The position numbers and the translations under genes were made by a program. 64,000 nucleotides of DNA from Geosiphon pyriformis uo1 (lineage: Eukaryota; Fungi; Glomeromycota): contig JAAOMT010000289.1 in NCBI GenBank assembly GCA_016748015.1, positions 135,639 through 199,638 of the forward strand, given 5' to 3'. Of this stretch, positions 52,630 to 64,000 are shown piece by piece; the stretch's first letter is position 1; each line of letters starts with the position of its first letter. Under the pieces are notes generated by a model. That model saw only the letters and a program-made list of their open reading frames with translations. It was not told the origin of the DNA and did not search any database.

Positions 52630-53530
52630 CAATTTAATGAATATAATCCAATTACTATTTAATATATAATACTAAGCAGTATTTGGACTTCACTTATTAA
52701 AATGTAAAAAAAAAAATATATAGAAACAAACTAAGTAGTCTAAATTATATATAGCTTATGTACTTATTATATATGACTGATTATTTGAACCAATTAAAAC
52801 TATATTATATATTTATATTAATTTTAAAATATTATTTAAATCTAAAAAAACAAGCAAGTTTTGTACAATTTAAAACCAATAATAAACAATTTAATAACAC
52901 CAAACAAATAAACCACTCTTATTAACAAAAAACTAGATAAGCCATTATACAACTTAAATAATATTTTTTTATTAACAACTAAGCTATTTTTCTCCATATT
53001 AATTCTGTATTTTAACTTAAAATTTCATAACTTACTATAATACTTCTCAACTAAACAGCAGACAAAATCAGTTATTATTAATACAGTCTTCTTTTTATTA
53101 TCAAATATTAATGCTGCTTTATTAATTCAGTTTTTAAAAACAAACTTTTTGTATAAAATCTTATAAATATCAATGTTTAATGCTTTCAAAAAGAAAATAT
53201 ATAGTATTAAAGATGACAACAAAAAACAAGATCTCATTAAAAACTTTCACAACTTAATATAATATAACAAAATTTTAAAGTACACAAAAACATTCTTCAA
53301 ATAAGTAAAGATATAATCTAATAATTCAATATTATCATAAAATAAGCACATTACTTCTGAATAATTCTTGTTATAAAACTTTTTTTTAACTACAATTGGC
53401 AGTTTTTTATGAACTGTTTTCATTAAATATGTGCAAAAAACTACTAAAGTCTTGCTAGTAAACTCAAAAAACATATAAAAATTTGTGTATTAAACTAAAG
53501 TAGTACAATATTAATTAATATTTTAAATAA
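52630..53530 (-). mobile_element. LINE 3' fragment with a ~40-bp plus-strand LINE tip (52675-52716) inserted in its 3' UTR
   Basis: ORF 53247 YLMKTVHKKLPIVVKKKFYNKNYSEVMCLFY; homologous to 30270-31130. Confidence 0.75.
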
Positions 53531-56500
53531 ATAAGTTTTGTAAAATTTATTGATACTAAAAAATTTTTAATTATTTTAATTTTATCTGAATTTGTTTTGA
53601 TGTTGTTTTTGTTTATAATATGTTTTAAAAACTTAAATTTGGTTTTTTTAAAAAAACACTTAGTAATATTTAACTTTAATTTTGCACTTTTTAGTTTTTC
53701 AAATACTTGTTAAAAATAATAAAAATAATCATTAAATGTTTTAAAAAACATATTAATATTATTTAAGTATATTATTATTAATTTCTATAACAATCTATTA
53801 TAAACAATTTTTATTAGCTATTAAAAAATAATTAGAATATTGGTTAAACCAAAAAACATAATATTAAATTCAAATTTTTTTTTCTTGTAATAATTGCTGT
53901 TTTTTTTTTATTGGCTAAATTTATAACTACTTGTTAATAATTAGAATTATTTTTTTCTATCAAAAATATTAAATAGTTTTTGAATTTATAAAATTGAGTA
54001 GTTGTTTCTATAAATAATACTGTTAAATTTTTTGTAATTTACACAAAAGTAAATTTTTCTGTTCTTTCTTTTAAACAAAACAATTAATAATAATCATAAA
54101 CTTATTAATAGTTAAATTAATTTATTGTTCAATATATAGTTGATTTCTTGATAAATAATTTTATGATTGATAAATAATACTTAATATGCTTTCTGTTTAA
54201 TAGTAATTTGATTTATATTTGTTAAAAAAAATCCAAATTTCTCAAGTTTATTTGCTCTAACTGTTTTAATTATAATAAATAATATTCTTTTTAGTTATAA
54301 ATTATTTATAATATAAAATTTACATATTTATATAGCTGTAAAAAATCTAAAATAGTAGTAAATAATTGATTCTTAATTTCTGTGTTCAATTATTTGATGA
54401 TAATTCTTTTTAGTATTTCTATTGGGTCTTTAATTGTATTATAAATTGAAATTTTAATGTGTTTATAAGTTTTGACTGGTAAATATAAATTGATAATAAC
54501 AATTTTTTTGATTTATAAATAATAGATTTTCCTTTAAAAATCTGCAGTTAATTTTTTATTTTTTTTACTATTTCTAATATATATTGATTATATAATGAAA
54601 TAAAAATTAATTAATAAATAGAGATAATTTTTCTCTAATTAATTAATTTTTTTTCTGTTATATTAACTAATATTCTCATTTTTTTGGTTGATCTAAACTT
54701 ATTAATTTTTTTTGTTGTTATTTCTAACTTTTTATTTGTTTTTATTGATACTAATTAAGTTATCTTTACTAAAAGCAAGAATATTGTCTGTATTATCTTT
54801 TTATTTGGTTTAATAATATATGCTTTTTTTAATTTTTTTTGTAGCATTATAATAATATTTTTTATATATTTTGCATCAATTATTTCTTATTTAATGTTAA
54901 TTTTCTTTTTTATTAAATTAGATTTAAATGCTAATTGAACCATTGTTGTTGTCAAAATTTTCAATGCTATTTTTAAATCTATACTAATATGTAAATAAGG
55001 TTTTAATATAATAATAATTTTTCTAAGATATTTAAATCAAATTCTATATTAGTATCATGTATGTATTTTGGCATAATACTTTTATTATTATTACTAAACT
55101 ATTTAAGTTTTTGCTTTATAAAAAGATTTGAAAGTATAATATATTGTTTGGAATTTAAATTAAAGTTTAAATTATTATTATTGTTATTGTTAATATTATT
55201 AGAACTGTTGTTATTATTATTATTATTATTGAAATTTAAATTATAATTAAATTTTAATTTTAATTCCAAAATACAATTATTAATTGGTTTTTTTTTTAAA
55301 AAATCGAATAAATCATGTGTAATAATAAATTATAAATAAGATTATACTTATTATAATATTCAAAGTCACTAAGAATTAAACAATATTTACATAGTCTAGT
55401 GTTTAATTGTTCTAAACATTGTTTTTGCTTTTCTTAAATAAGTGCCAACTTTTGATAATATTTATGAAATTATTCTAGATTACTTATAATATTAACAAAA
55501 ATATCTGAGTTTAAAATAAGAACAGTTTTAACAGATTCTAATGGACTATTTTTAATTTTCCAAATTTTGCTTGATAACATGTTTTTAACTTTAGCAGTTA
55601 TTATTTTCCAGATTTTATTATATAAATAACTGTTTGAATGTAAAAGAGCTTTGTTTTATATAGTATTTATAGATATTTTTTTGTTTACCCAATTGTTAAT
55701 AAGAATTATATATTGATATAATTTATTACATATTTTTTTTCAAACAGAAATGTTGTTTCATATTTTGTTATTTGAAAAAATTTTATCACAAACTAAGGAA
55801 AGCTTATTGTTTTATTTTCTCTGTTACTTTAATTATTTAAAGCATTCTCAATAACAAGTTTTACAAAAGTAACAGATACATATTTCATATTTTTTTTCTG
55901 ATAAAATGCAAACTTTTATAAATAAAAGCTTTTTATTACAATTTTTGTATTTAAATAAGATGTAAGATAGTTGTTTTTTTGGTTCTAATATTGAATATAG
56001 AACATACTAATTATTGACTAGTTTATTTGTAAAAATAGTGACTTAAAGTTTATTTTTTTTCTTCTTCTTATATAAACATTAGTGGCAATTTATTATGTTT
56101 TTCTTTGGTCTAAAAAACTTAATATCTTTTTTAAATAGATTTTTTTTTCTCTAATTTAATTAATAGTTGCTTTTTTAAATAAGTTTTGAAATAATTACAA
56201 GTAGTAAGTACTCAACTTTGCTGACTGTTATAATTTAATTAGAGCTTTTGGATATTTTAGTTGAGTACAGCATTGGTCTTAATAAGCCAGTTATTATTAA
56301 TAAAAGCTTAATATTATATGGCTTTCATTATTAGAACTTTGATTGACACAATAATACTGTTAAATTCTAATAAAAAGTTATTGATTTTGTCAATGAAAGT
56401 CTTTGTTGTTTTATTAGTAATAATAATTCTGGCATTAGTAGCATGATTAATTCAACAATCTAATTAGTTTATAAGTTGTTATGTAATTATATTATCTGTT

Positions 56501-57854
56501 AATCTACTATTAAGGATAAGTTTAATAAATAATTATTAATTTTAATATCAATATATATAATGGTAATTAGTTTGGTATCAAATATGACTTTACTAAAAAA
56601 AACATTATTACTAATTCTTTAAGTTTAAAAAAAAATATTACAATAAGTGATTTATTTTTGGTAACAATTGTTAATAGAATATTATTAGTGAATAGTGATT
56701 TTAGAGTTTCTAAGTTGTTAAATAAATTGTTTGCTAAAATAATTAAAAGACTTAAATAGCTTTAAAAATTTGGGTTTTGAGCATATCTACCTTTTGAACT
56801 CTATTTATATAATTTTATTTGTTGATTTAATAACCTAATAACTAATTTTTAATTTTATTAAGTATAAGTAATTCTTGGTCTTTGGTTTATTTAAGCTGAA
56901 ATTTGGAACAATGCTTAAATTTGTTGAAACTAATAAATTATTGGTAGCTGTATAAATTAATAAATTACCAGTACTAAGATTTGATAAATTAAAAGTACAT
57001 ATATTGATAATGTCATTTGAAAGTATTAAAGTTAATATTAGTATTGTTTTAATAATAAATTACTAATATAGTTTAAGATTTAAAACTGGCAATCAGAATT
57101 TCTATATTAATTTCCTAATTATTGGTTATTTAATCTTGCTCTACAGTTAATTTTCAGATGTTTTTGTTTATAATAATAGTAATAAATATCTCTTTTTTAT
57201 TGTCATAATTGATTTGCTAGTAATAATAATAATAATAGACATAATTAATTCTAAAATTAATTAAAATTTTCTTGCTAATTGTAATATTATAAAAGTTAAT
57301 AAATGACAGAATTATTAATTAAATATTTTTCTAATTTCTGATTAATAGATTTACTAAATTGTTTTAATTTTAAGTCTAATTTAGATGATCTATTTATTAC
57401 TAGATTATAATTTAAGCATGATTGATTTCTAGTTTAGTTAATTCAAAATTTTTAATATAAGTACCTGCATCTTAAAAGGTATTTAAATATAATAAACATA
57501 TTTGTTACAACAAATTACTGCATAATCTATGAATAAATTCATTTAAGATTTGTAGCATTGTAAAATAATTTGTGTTTATTGCTTGGATTTAATACAAATT
57601 TTTATGAAAGCATTCTAAGTATGTAATAATAACTTTAATATTGTTTTGTTTGATAATAATAAATTCTGTTAACAAGCAATTGATACTGTTATAATTATTA
57701 AAATACTGCAAGAAATTTTGTTTGAATGTATTAAAAATTTAAAGCTTATTAACTAAGCTCTAATACTACAAGTTACCAGTATTTTAAAAAAAATATGAAA
57801 TGATTTTTAGTGCTCTGGCATTATTTTAACCATTGATTATAATGGTTTTTATGA

Positions 57855-58683
57855 TATTATAGATGATTATTTAGGTATTAGAATAAATAACAAACTCATA
57901 ACTTAGTGCTTAATATTTAATTATGCTGTTGATTTTTGAAAATTTTCGAATATCTAAAGATTTTAATTGAGTTTTTTGTATAATAAACAGAAATTCAAAT
58001 AGTGGTTTCTTCTGTAAATTTTTTTCTTCAATATAATAGCCAGTTTAATTTAACAATTGTGTTTTTTTAAAAAACTATTCTTTTTTTTGAGTTTGTTATT
58101 TTTGTTTTACATATTTTTTATTAAACTATTTTTAATATTAATATCTCAGTGTTTAATTTCTTAATTACTTAATAAACAACAAAAAAAATAAAAAAAAATA
58201 AAAAAACCAAGAAAAAAAATAAAAAGTTAGTATTCTGTCAATAGTCATAATTAAGAACTATTATTCCAATATAGTTAAATAGTAAATATTATTAACATAA
58301 ATTGCTAATTATATTGAAAAATAGTAATGTTAATTCAATTATAGGAATAATATAAATTAGATAATAAAATAATAATTTTATTTAATATTTAGATGATTCT
58401 ATTTTAAAATATAAAAAACTAATTTTTAAAAAGAGAGGTATTTAATTATTTGTCTAAAAAATTTGTTTAAATATCTTTTTTTGTTTTTAATATTACTATT
58501 ATATATACATAATTCTTTTTATACAAAATTCTTTGAAATTTTTTAATTTTTCAAAAAAAATTCTAAAATTCTGAAATTCTGAAATTTTTTAAAAGAAATC
58601 TTTGAATTTTTCTTTTTACTATATTTATTTCTAATTGGTTATTTTTATCTAACTATTATAATTTCTATTTTTTATGAATAATA
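57855..58683 (-). repeat. Solo LTR family A inserted in gag of the 53540-60839 element
   Basis: Colinear with 3877-4747; flanks ATGA and GTAA (both derivable from GTGA); gag sequence continues across it. Confidence 0.8.
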
Positions 58684-59212
58684 GTAACATTATTTAACCA
58701 GACTTAGATATTGTTTTCTTTATTAGTAAATTTTTTTAATTTGGTAATTAGTATATATGTTATTGGTATAAGTAGTTATAATTGTAATTATGATTGTTAA
58801 GAAATAATTATTGGTATAATTGGAGGATTAATTTGAATAACTAAAAATAAGTTGTTATAAATAATAAAAGTGGAATTTAAATTGTTTGGATTTATTTGAA
58901 TTTAGATTTCTAATTTATTTGAGATCAGATTTTGTCTATTATTTTTCTAATTACTGTTTTTTTTTTTTTGAATTAGTGTTTGTTCAATTATTAGTAAATC
59001 CAAAATTAAGTTAAGATGGCAATAATCAAAGTTCTAATAGTATTATTAATTGTAATTTAAATTCTTCAAAATAATTGTCATAGGTTTCTAGCAATTTAGA
59101 TTTCTCTTAATTGTTTTAAAATAAAACTCTTATAATAATTGGTTTTATTATTAATAATAATACAAATTTTGATAATATGTTAATAATACTTTTTAATATA
59201 TAATGATAAAAT

Positions 59213-59530
59213 AAATGTAATAAAAAAACAACTTTGGATTTCTTTTAGTTAGGTAGTTGTATTGGTTTAAGTATATTTGCTAATGTTTGTATTCTGTTTT
59301 TGTCTTTATTTACAAATGTAATAAAAAAACAACTTTGGATTTCTTTTAGTTAGGTAGTTGTATTGGTTTAAGTATATTTGCTAATGTTTGTATTCTGTTT
59401 TTGTCTTTATTTACAAATGTAATAAAAAAACAACTTTGGATTTCTTTTAGTTAGGTAGTTGTATTGGTTTAAGTATATTTGCTAATGTTTGTATTCTGTT
59501 TTTGTCTTTATTTACAAATGTAATAAAAAA
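59213..59530. repeat. Perfect tandem triplication, 101-bp unit x3 plus a partial unit
   Basis: ACTTTGG starts at 59231, 59332 and 59433; the units look identical. Confidence 0.97.
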
Positions 59531-60839
59531 CTTTTGTTAAGTGTATTTTTTAATTTTGCAATTTATTTTAATAATAATTAATAATTCTGTAATAAGCTAA
59601 TGTATTGAAATAATTCATTGTAAAAATTTTCTTTTATTGATTTGGAATCTGCTTATTTTTTTAGAAAATATATAATTCTTTTATTAATATAAAAATTGAA
59701 AACTGATTTTGTTAAGAAATAATTACTGGTTAATTTTAAATATTGTTAAAATTGTTGAAATAAAAATTTTGCAAATCTTAAATGATTTGCTTTTATAACT
59801 TTTAAGTCTGCTACTTTTTTGAATAATTAATACTAATGCTTATTTTTTGTTAAATTATATTTTACAAAGAACACTAAATATTATAAATGATTATTTGAGA
59901 TGTTAAAATAAATAACAAATTTTTAACTTGGTATTCAATAGTTAATGATACTGTGAATGGTTTTTAAAAGTTATTGAATCTAAAAGTTTTGGTTAAGTTT
60001 TTTGTATAATAGATAAAAATTTACTTGATAGTTGTTTTCCTAAATTTTTTTCTTTAATATAAAAGCCAGTTTAATTTAGCAGTTATGTTTTTTTAGTAAG
60101 CTATTTTTAAGTTTTTACTCTTGTTTTATAGGTCTTTTACCAGACTATTTTTGATATTAATATCTTAGTACTTAATTTTTTAATCAATTAGTATACAATA
60201 CAAAATAAAAAAAATAAAAATAAAAATAAAATAATAAAAAATTAGTATTTTGTTAATAGTCATAATCAAAGGCTATTAATCTAATGTAGTTAAGTAGCAA
60301 ATACTATTAACATAAGTTGTTGAGAAAATCAAAGAATAATAATATTAATTCAATAAAAAAAATGACATAAATTATATAATAAAACAATAATTTTATTTAA
60401 TATTTTGAATTATTTTACTTTAAGATATAGAAAACTATTTTTTGAAAAAAAAAGTATGTTATGAATATTTATTGTTAACTAACTAAACACTTGTTTGAAC
60501 ATGTGAATATTTTAATACTTTTTTTACTTCTAATACTATTGCTATATATGCATAATTTTTATTATACAAAATTTTATATATTTTTATTTTTTTTTATACT
60601 ACTTTTTAAAACTATGCTTATTTTTAAGCAATGTATTATGATTTATTAACAATGTGCTCATTTTTTGCAAATGTGCACATTTCTGAAAATGTGTTATGAT
60701 TTTCTAAAAATGTGCTTATTTTTTGTAAATATATATATTTCTAAAAATATGCTTACATATTAAATATTATTTTTCTATTAGCCTATTTTTATAATCTGTT
60801 TTTCCTATTTTTTTTTGTATTCTTTTTCTATAAATAATA

Positions 60840-63107
60840 ATGCTAGTAACTAGATAGAATTTATTTACACCAACATGATTATTTTTATTTCTTTATATTA
60901 ACAGTATATTTTGAAAATTGATTGAAAATTTTAAAATTAAGTCCTATTATTTGAGACAGCCCTAAAAATTTATTTTTTAGCTAATATTTCCAATTTGTAT
61001 ATATCTGCTAAAGTGCACAAACGTCTTAAAATTTTTATTTACAACTTTACCAAAAATGTTATTAAAATTTTTAAAAGAATTTTTATTGGTTTTTATTTTT
61101 ATAAACATTTAAAATTCCAAGAAACCCCAATTTATCTTAAACTTTGAACAATTGGTTTTATTTTGTAACATTACTTTACAAGTATAAAACTTGTCAAAAG
61201 AAAGCTATCTATTTACTGCAAAAAAGATTGATAAACTAAAATTGGAAAACTTAAATATTTTATAACAAATACAATTTAAAGTTTTTTTAAACCAATATAT
61301 TAATATCTTTGTTAGAAAAAACAAATTTGAACACACTAATATTATAAAACATAAAATTAATATTGGTAATGCCAAATTTATTAAACAATGAGCCTATTAA
61401 GTAATTTCAAATAATAATAATTTAATTAAACAAGAAGTACAATAAATATTAAATAATAAACTAATTAAAAAATCACTAAGTCTCTAGTTTTTATTTATTA
61501 TGTTAGTTATTAAAAAGAATAAAAAAATTCATTTCTGCATATACTATTAAAAACTTAATAGTATTACTTAAGAGAATAGCTATTCAATTTTTTTTATTTA
61601 GGAAATTTTAGATAATCTAAGAAATAAGAAATAGTTCTTATTTTTAAATCTTATTAATAAATATTAACAAATTGAAATAGACTTTATAAATAAAAAAAAT
61701 AGTATTCACTATCTAAAATAGAAATTTTAAGTTCAATGTAATGCTTTTTAGACTTCATAATACTCCAGCTATTTTTTAATATTTAATAAATATTATGTAT
61801 AAAAAAATACTTTAGAAATTAGTTGTAGTATATCTGAAAAATACTAATGTATTTTTCAAAACTTTTGATGATCATCTGTTTTATTTCCAACAAATCTTTA
61901 ATTATCTATAAAATACAGGACTAAAACTTAATTTTAATAAATATTTCTTTGGAAAAACTGAATTAAAATTTCTGAAACACATAAATAGCAAAAATAAAGT
62001 AAAATTAGACTTTAACAAAGTTTAAAAAATAAAAAATTTTCTGGTCCTAACCAATTTGTGAGAACTAAAAAAATTTCTGGAATTAACAAAATACTACTGT
62101 CAATTTATTAAAAACTTCTTTAATATTGCCAAATTTTTCTATTACTTATTATTAAAATATGTTTTATATATATAGAAAATTAACTAACAAAAAGCTTTTA
62201 ACTATCTCAAATAACAACTTATTAAAGCTCCAATCTTAATTTATCTGAACTTTAATAAGCACTCTATTGTAGTTACAAATATCTTAAAAAATACATTAGG
62301 AATTATCTTATTATAAATTAGACCAGATAATTAAAAACATTTAATTATATATGCTAATTACAGTATTAACATTACTAAAAAAATATACAGTGCTACTAAT
62401 ATAGAATGTTTTACCATTTACTAGACTATATAAAACTAAAGATATTAACTTTGTCAACTATTTGACTTATATACAGATCATAAAAAACTGATTTAGTTAC
62501 TTAGTAAACTACAACTCAAAAAAAATATGCAAAATAAAATACTTACTTACAGCAGTTTTTATACAAAGTATATTATAAAGAAAGAGCTAAAAACACCAAT
62601 ACCAATAGCTTATTAAAAATAACTTAAATATAATTATAAACTAATAAATACAATTACCTATTAATAATTATATTAATATTTGTTTATACTTTAATTTGAA
62701 AAGAAATTATTTCAATAGAAACAAAATGTTATACAAAAACAAATTCAAAACTATTTCTTGTACAATAATTAATTATATTGTTAAGAATACCAAAATTATC
62801 TTACACCACAATGAATTATAAAAGATACCAAAAAAACTATCTTGTTTAACATATACTTAAATTTAACAACAAAACACTTTAACAAAAATATTATCTTAGA
62901 AAAAACAATTAATCTATATTATTGGCTTACAATATATAAAAATATCTTTAAATACATCTTCAATTGTAATTTTTGTCAAAGAAAAAAAAAAGCCAGAACA
63001 ACAAAATTACTTTGCTTTATTTTAGTTAAAAATTCATTTAATAAAATTGGAATTGATTTGATTAGATCTCTCTCTATTATCTCTAAAAAAAATTGTTATA
63101 TTACTGT
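60840..63107 (+). mobile_element. Family C pol fragment (RT, RNH, IN N-terminus) cut by LTRs on both sides
   Basis: Colinear with 23520-25780; ORF 62842 CNFCQR...IGIDLIRSL. Confidence 0.88.
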
Positions 63108-64000
63108 TATTATAGGTGATTATTTGGGGTCTTAAATCAAATAACAAATCCATAACTTGATGCTCAAAAGCTATTCGCAATGATGGTAATCTGAAGGTAT
63201 TGTTATCTAAAGGTTTTGGTTGAGTTTTTTGTATAATAGACAGAGATTTAATAGTTGTTTATCTATAGCTTCTCAAAATCGCAATTCTGTCAATTTCTTT
63301 TTTCAGCTTGATGGCTGGTACTCTTCTAGTAAGTAATTTGTAATTTCTTTATGTGTTCTACTCACTCGCAAGGATCTTTTATCAAGCAATCCTTGACATC
63401 AATAATTTAGAACTTAATTTCTAATCAATTAGTAAACAACAAAAAGAAAATACAAGAAATAAAGAAAAGATAGGAAAATAAGCCAAGGCAATAAATTTTA
63501 GTATCCCATCAATAGCTGTAATCAAGAGCTATTGTTTCAGTATGGTTAAGTATCAATCACAATCAACATAAAGTATTGATAGTGGAGAGTGGATTGGAGA
63601 TAGTAAATAATTATTTATTTAATATTTGTGGTGTAAAAAGTTGCTTAAATCAAATCTAAACTGAGAAGTCTCCCTTTTTCTACTTCTAATGCTATTGATA
63701 TATATACATAATTGAGATTCCTTAATTCTTTGATTCTTCACACCAGGAATCCTGCAATTCCTTGTATGAGAATCCTGAAATTTCTGGAATTCTGGAATTC
63801 TTTTGAGAGAAATCTTAGAATTCCATATTTACTATGGCTACTTCTGATTGGCTAATTTATATGCTAATATACTTCCTATATTCTATGAGTTAATATTATT
63901 CCCTCCTCTTTAATATTAAGTTCTGTTAAGATCTCCTAATTTTAATTCTCTGTCTTTAAGTATTTTTTGAACTTTTTTTTCAAGAATTACTTGTGCTATT
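63108..64000 (-). mobile_element. 3' end of a family A element: ORF3 C-terminus, PPT and 3' LTR (63108-63895)
   Basis: Minus strand IAQVILEK..QKILKD, then AAAGAGGAGGGAATAA, then TATTAACTCATAG... matching 3775-4747. Confidence 0.92.

Larger units (their letters stand above)
53540..60839 (-). mobile_element. Gypsy element with A-type 5' LTR (59879-60839), PBS, gag, PR, Cys-rich domain, dUTPase (~54680-55075) and partial RT; 3'-truncated
   Basis: LTR end followed by TTTAGTGTTCTTTGT (decayed PBS); WLNNV...NARAL gag motif; IDLKIALKILTTTMVQLA...IIDAKY dUTPase; IMFFGLTN RT motif. Confidence 0.88.

Noticed and set aside
59213-59530. CRISPR-like array
   Set aside because: Whole units are identical with no unique spacers, there are no cas genes and the context is eukaryotic.

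Overview
Very AT-rich eukaryotic (fungal) DNA. Gene structure and retroelement types resemble Glomeromycotina, in particular Geosiphon-like sequence; this is inference, no search was run. Two intron-rich, CpG-retaining host gene islands are present, both on the minus strand: a YLR345W-like 6-phosphofructo-2-kinase/fructose-2,6-bisphosphatase (14425-17166) and a SPO22/ZIP4/TEX11-family meiotic TPR protein (about 41882-47490). They sit among nested retroelements heavily decayed by C>T/G>A transitions: Ty3/Gypsy LTR elements of three LTR families (called A, B and C here) and LINEs with APE, RT and RNase H domains. The most notable signal is the architecture shared by the Gypsy elements: gag-PR-[Cys-rich domain]-dUTPase-RT-RNH STOP, then a separate integrase ORF, then a conserved unknown ORF3 abutting the PPT. 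Their LTRs carry an anti-PBS hairpin and a covarying stem-loop. Repeat-restricted, RIP-like transition hypermutation is visible throughout. Coordinates of decayed fragments are approximate.
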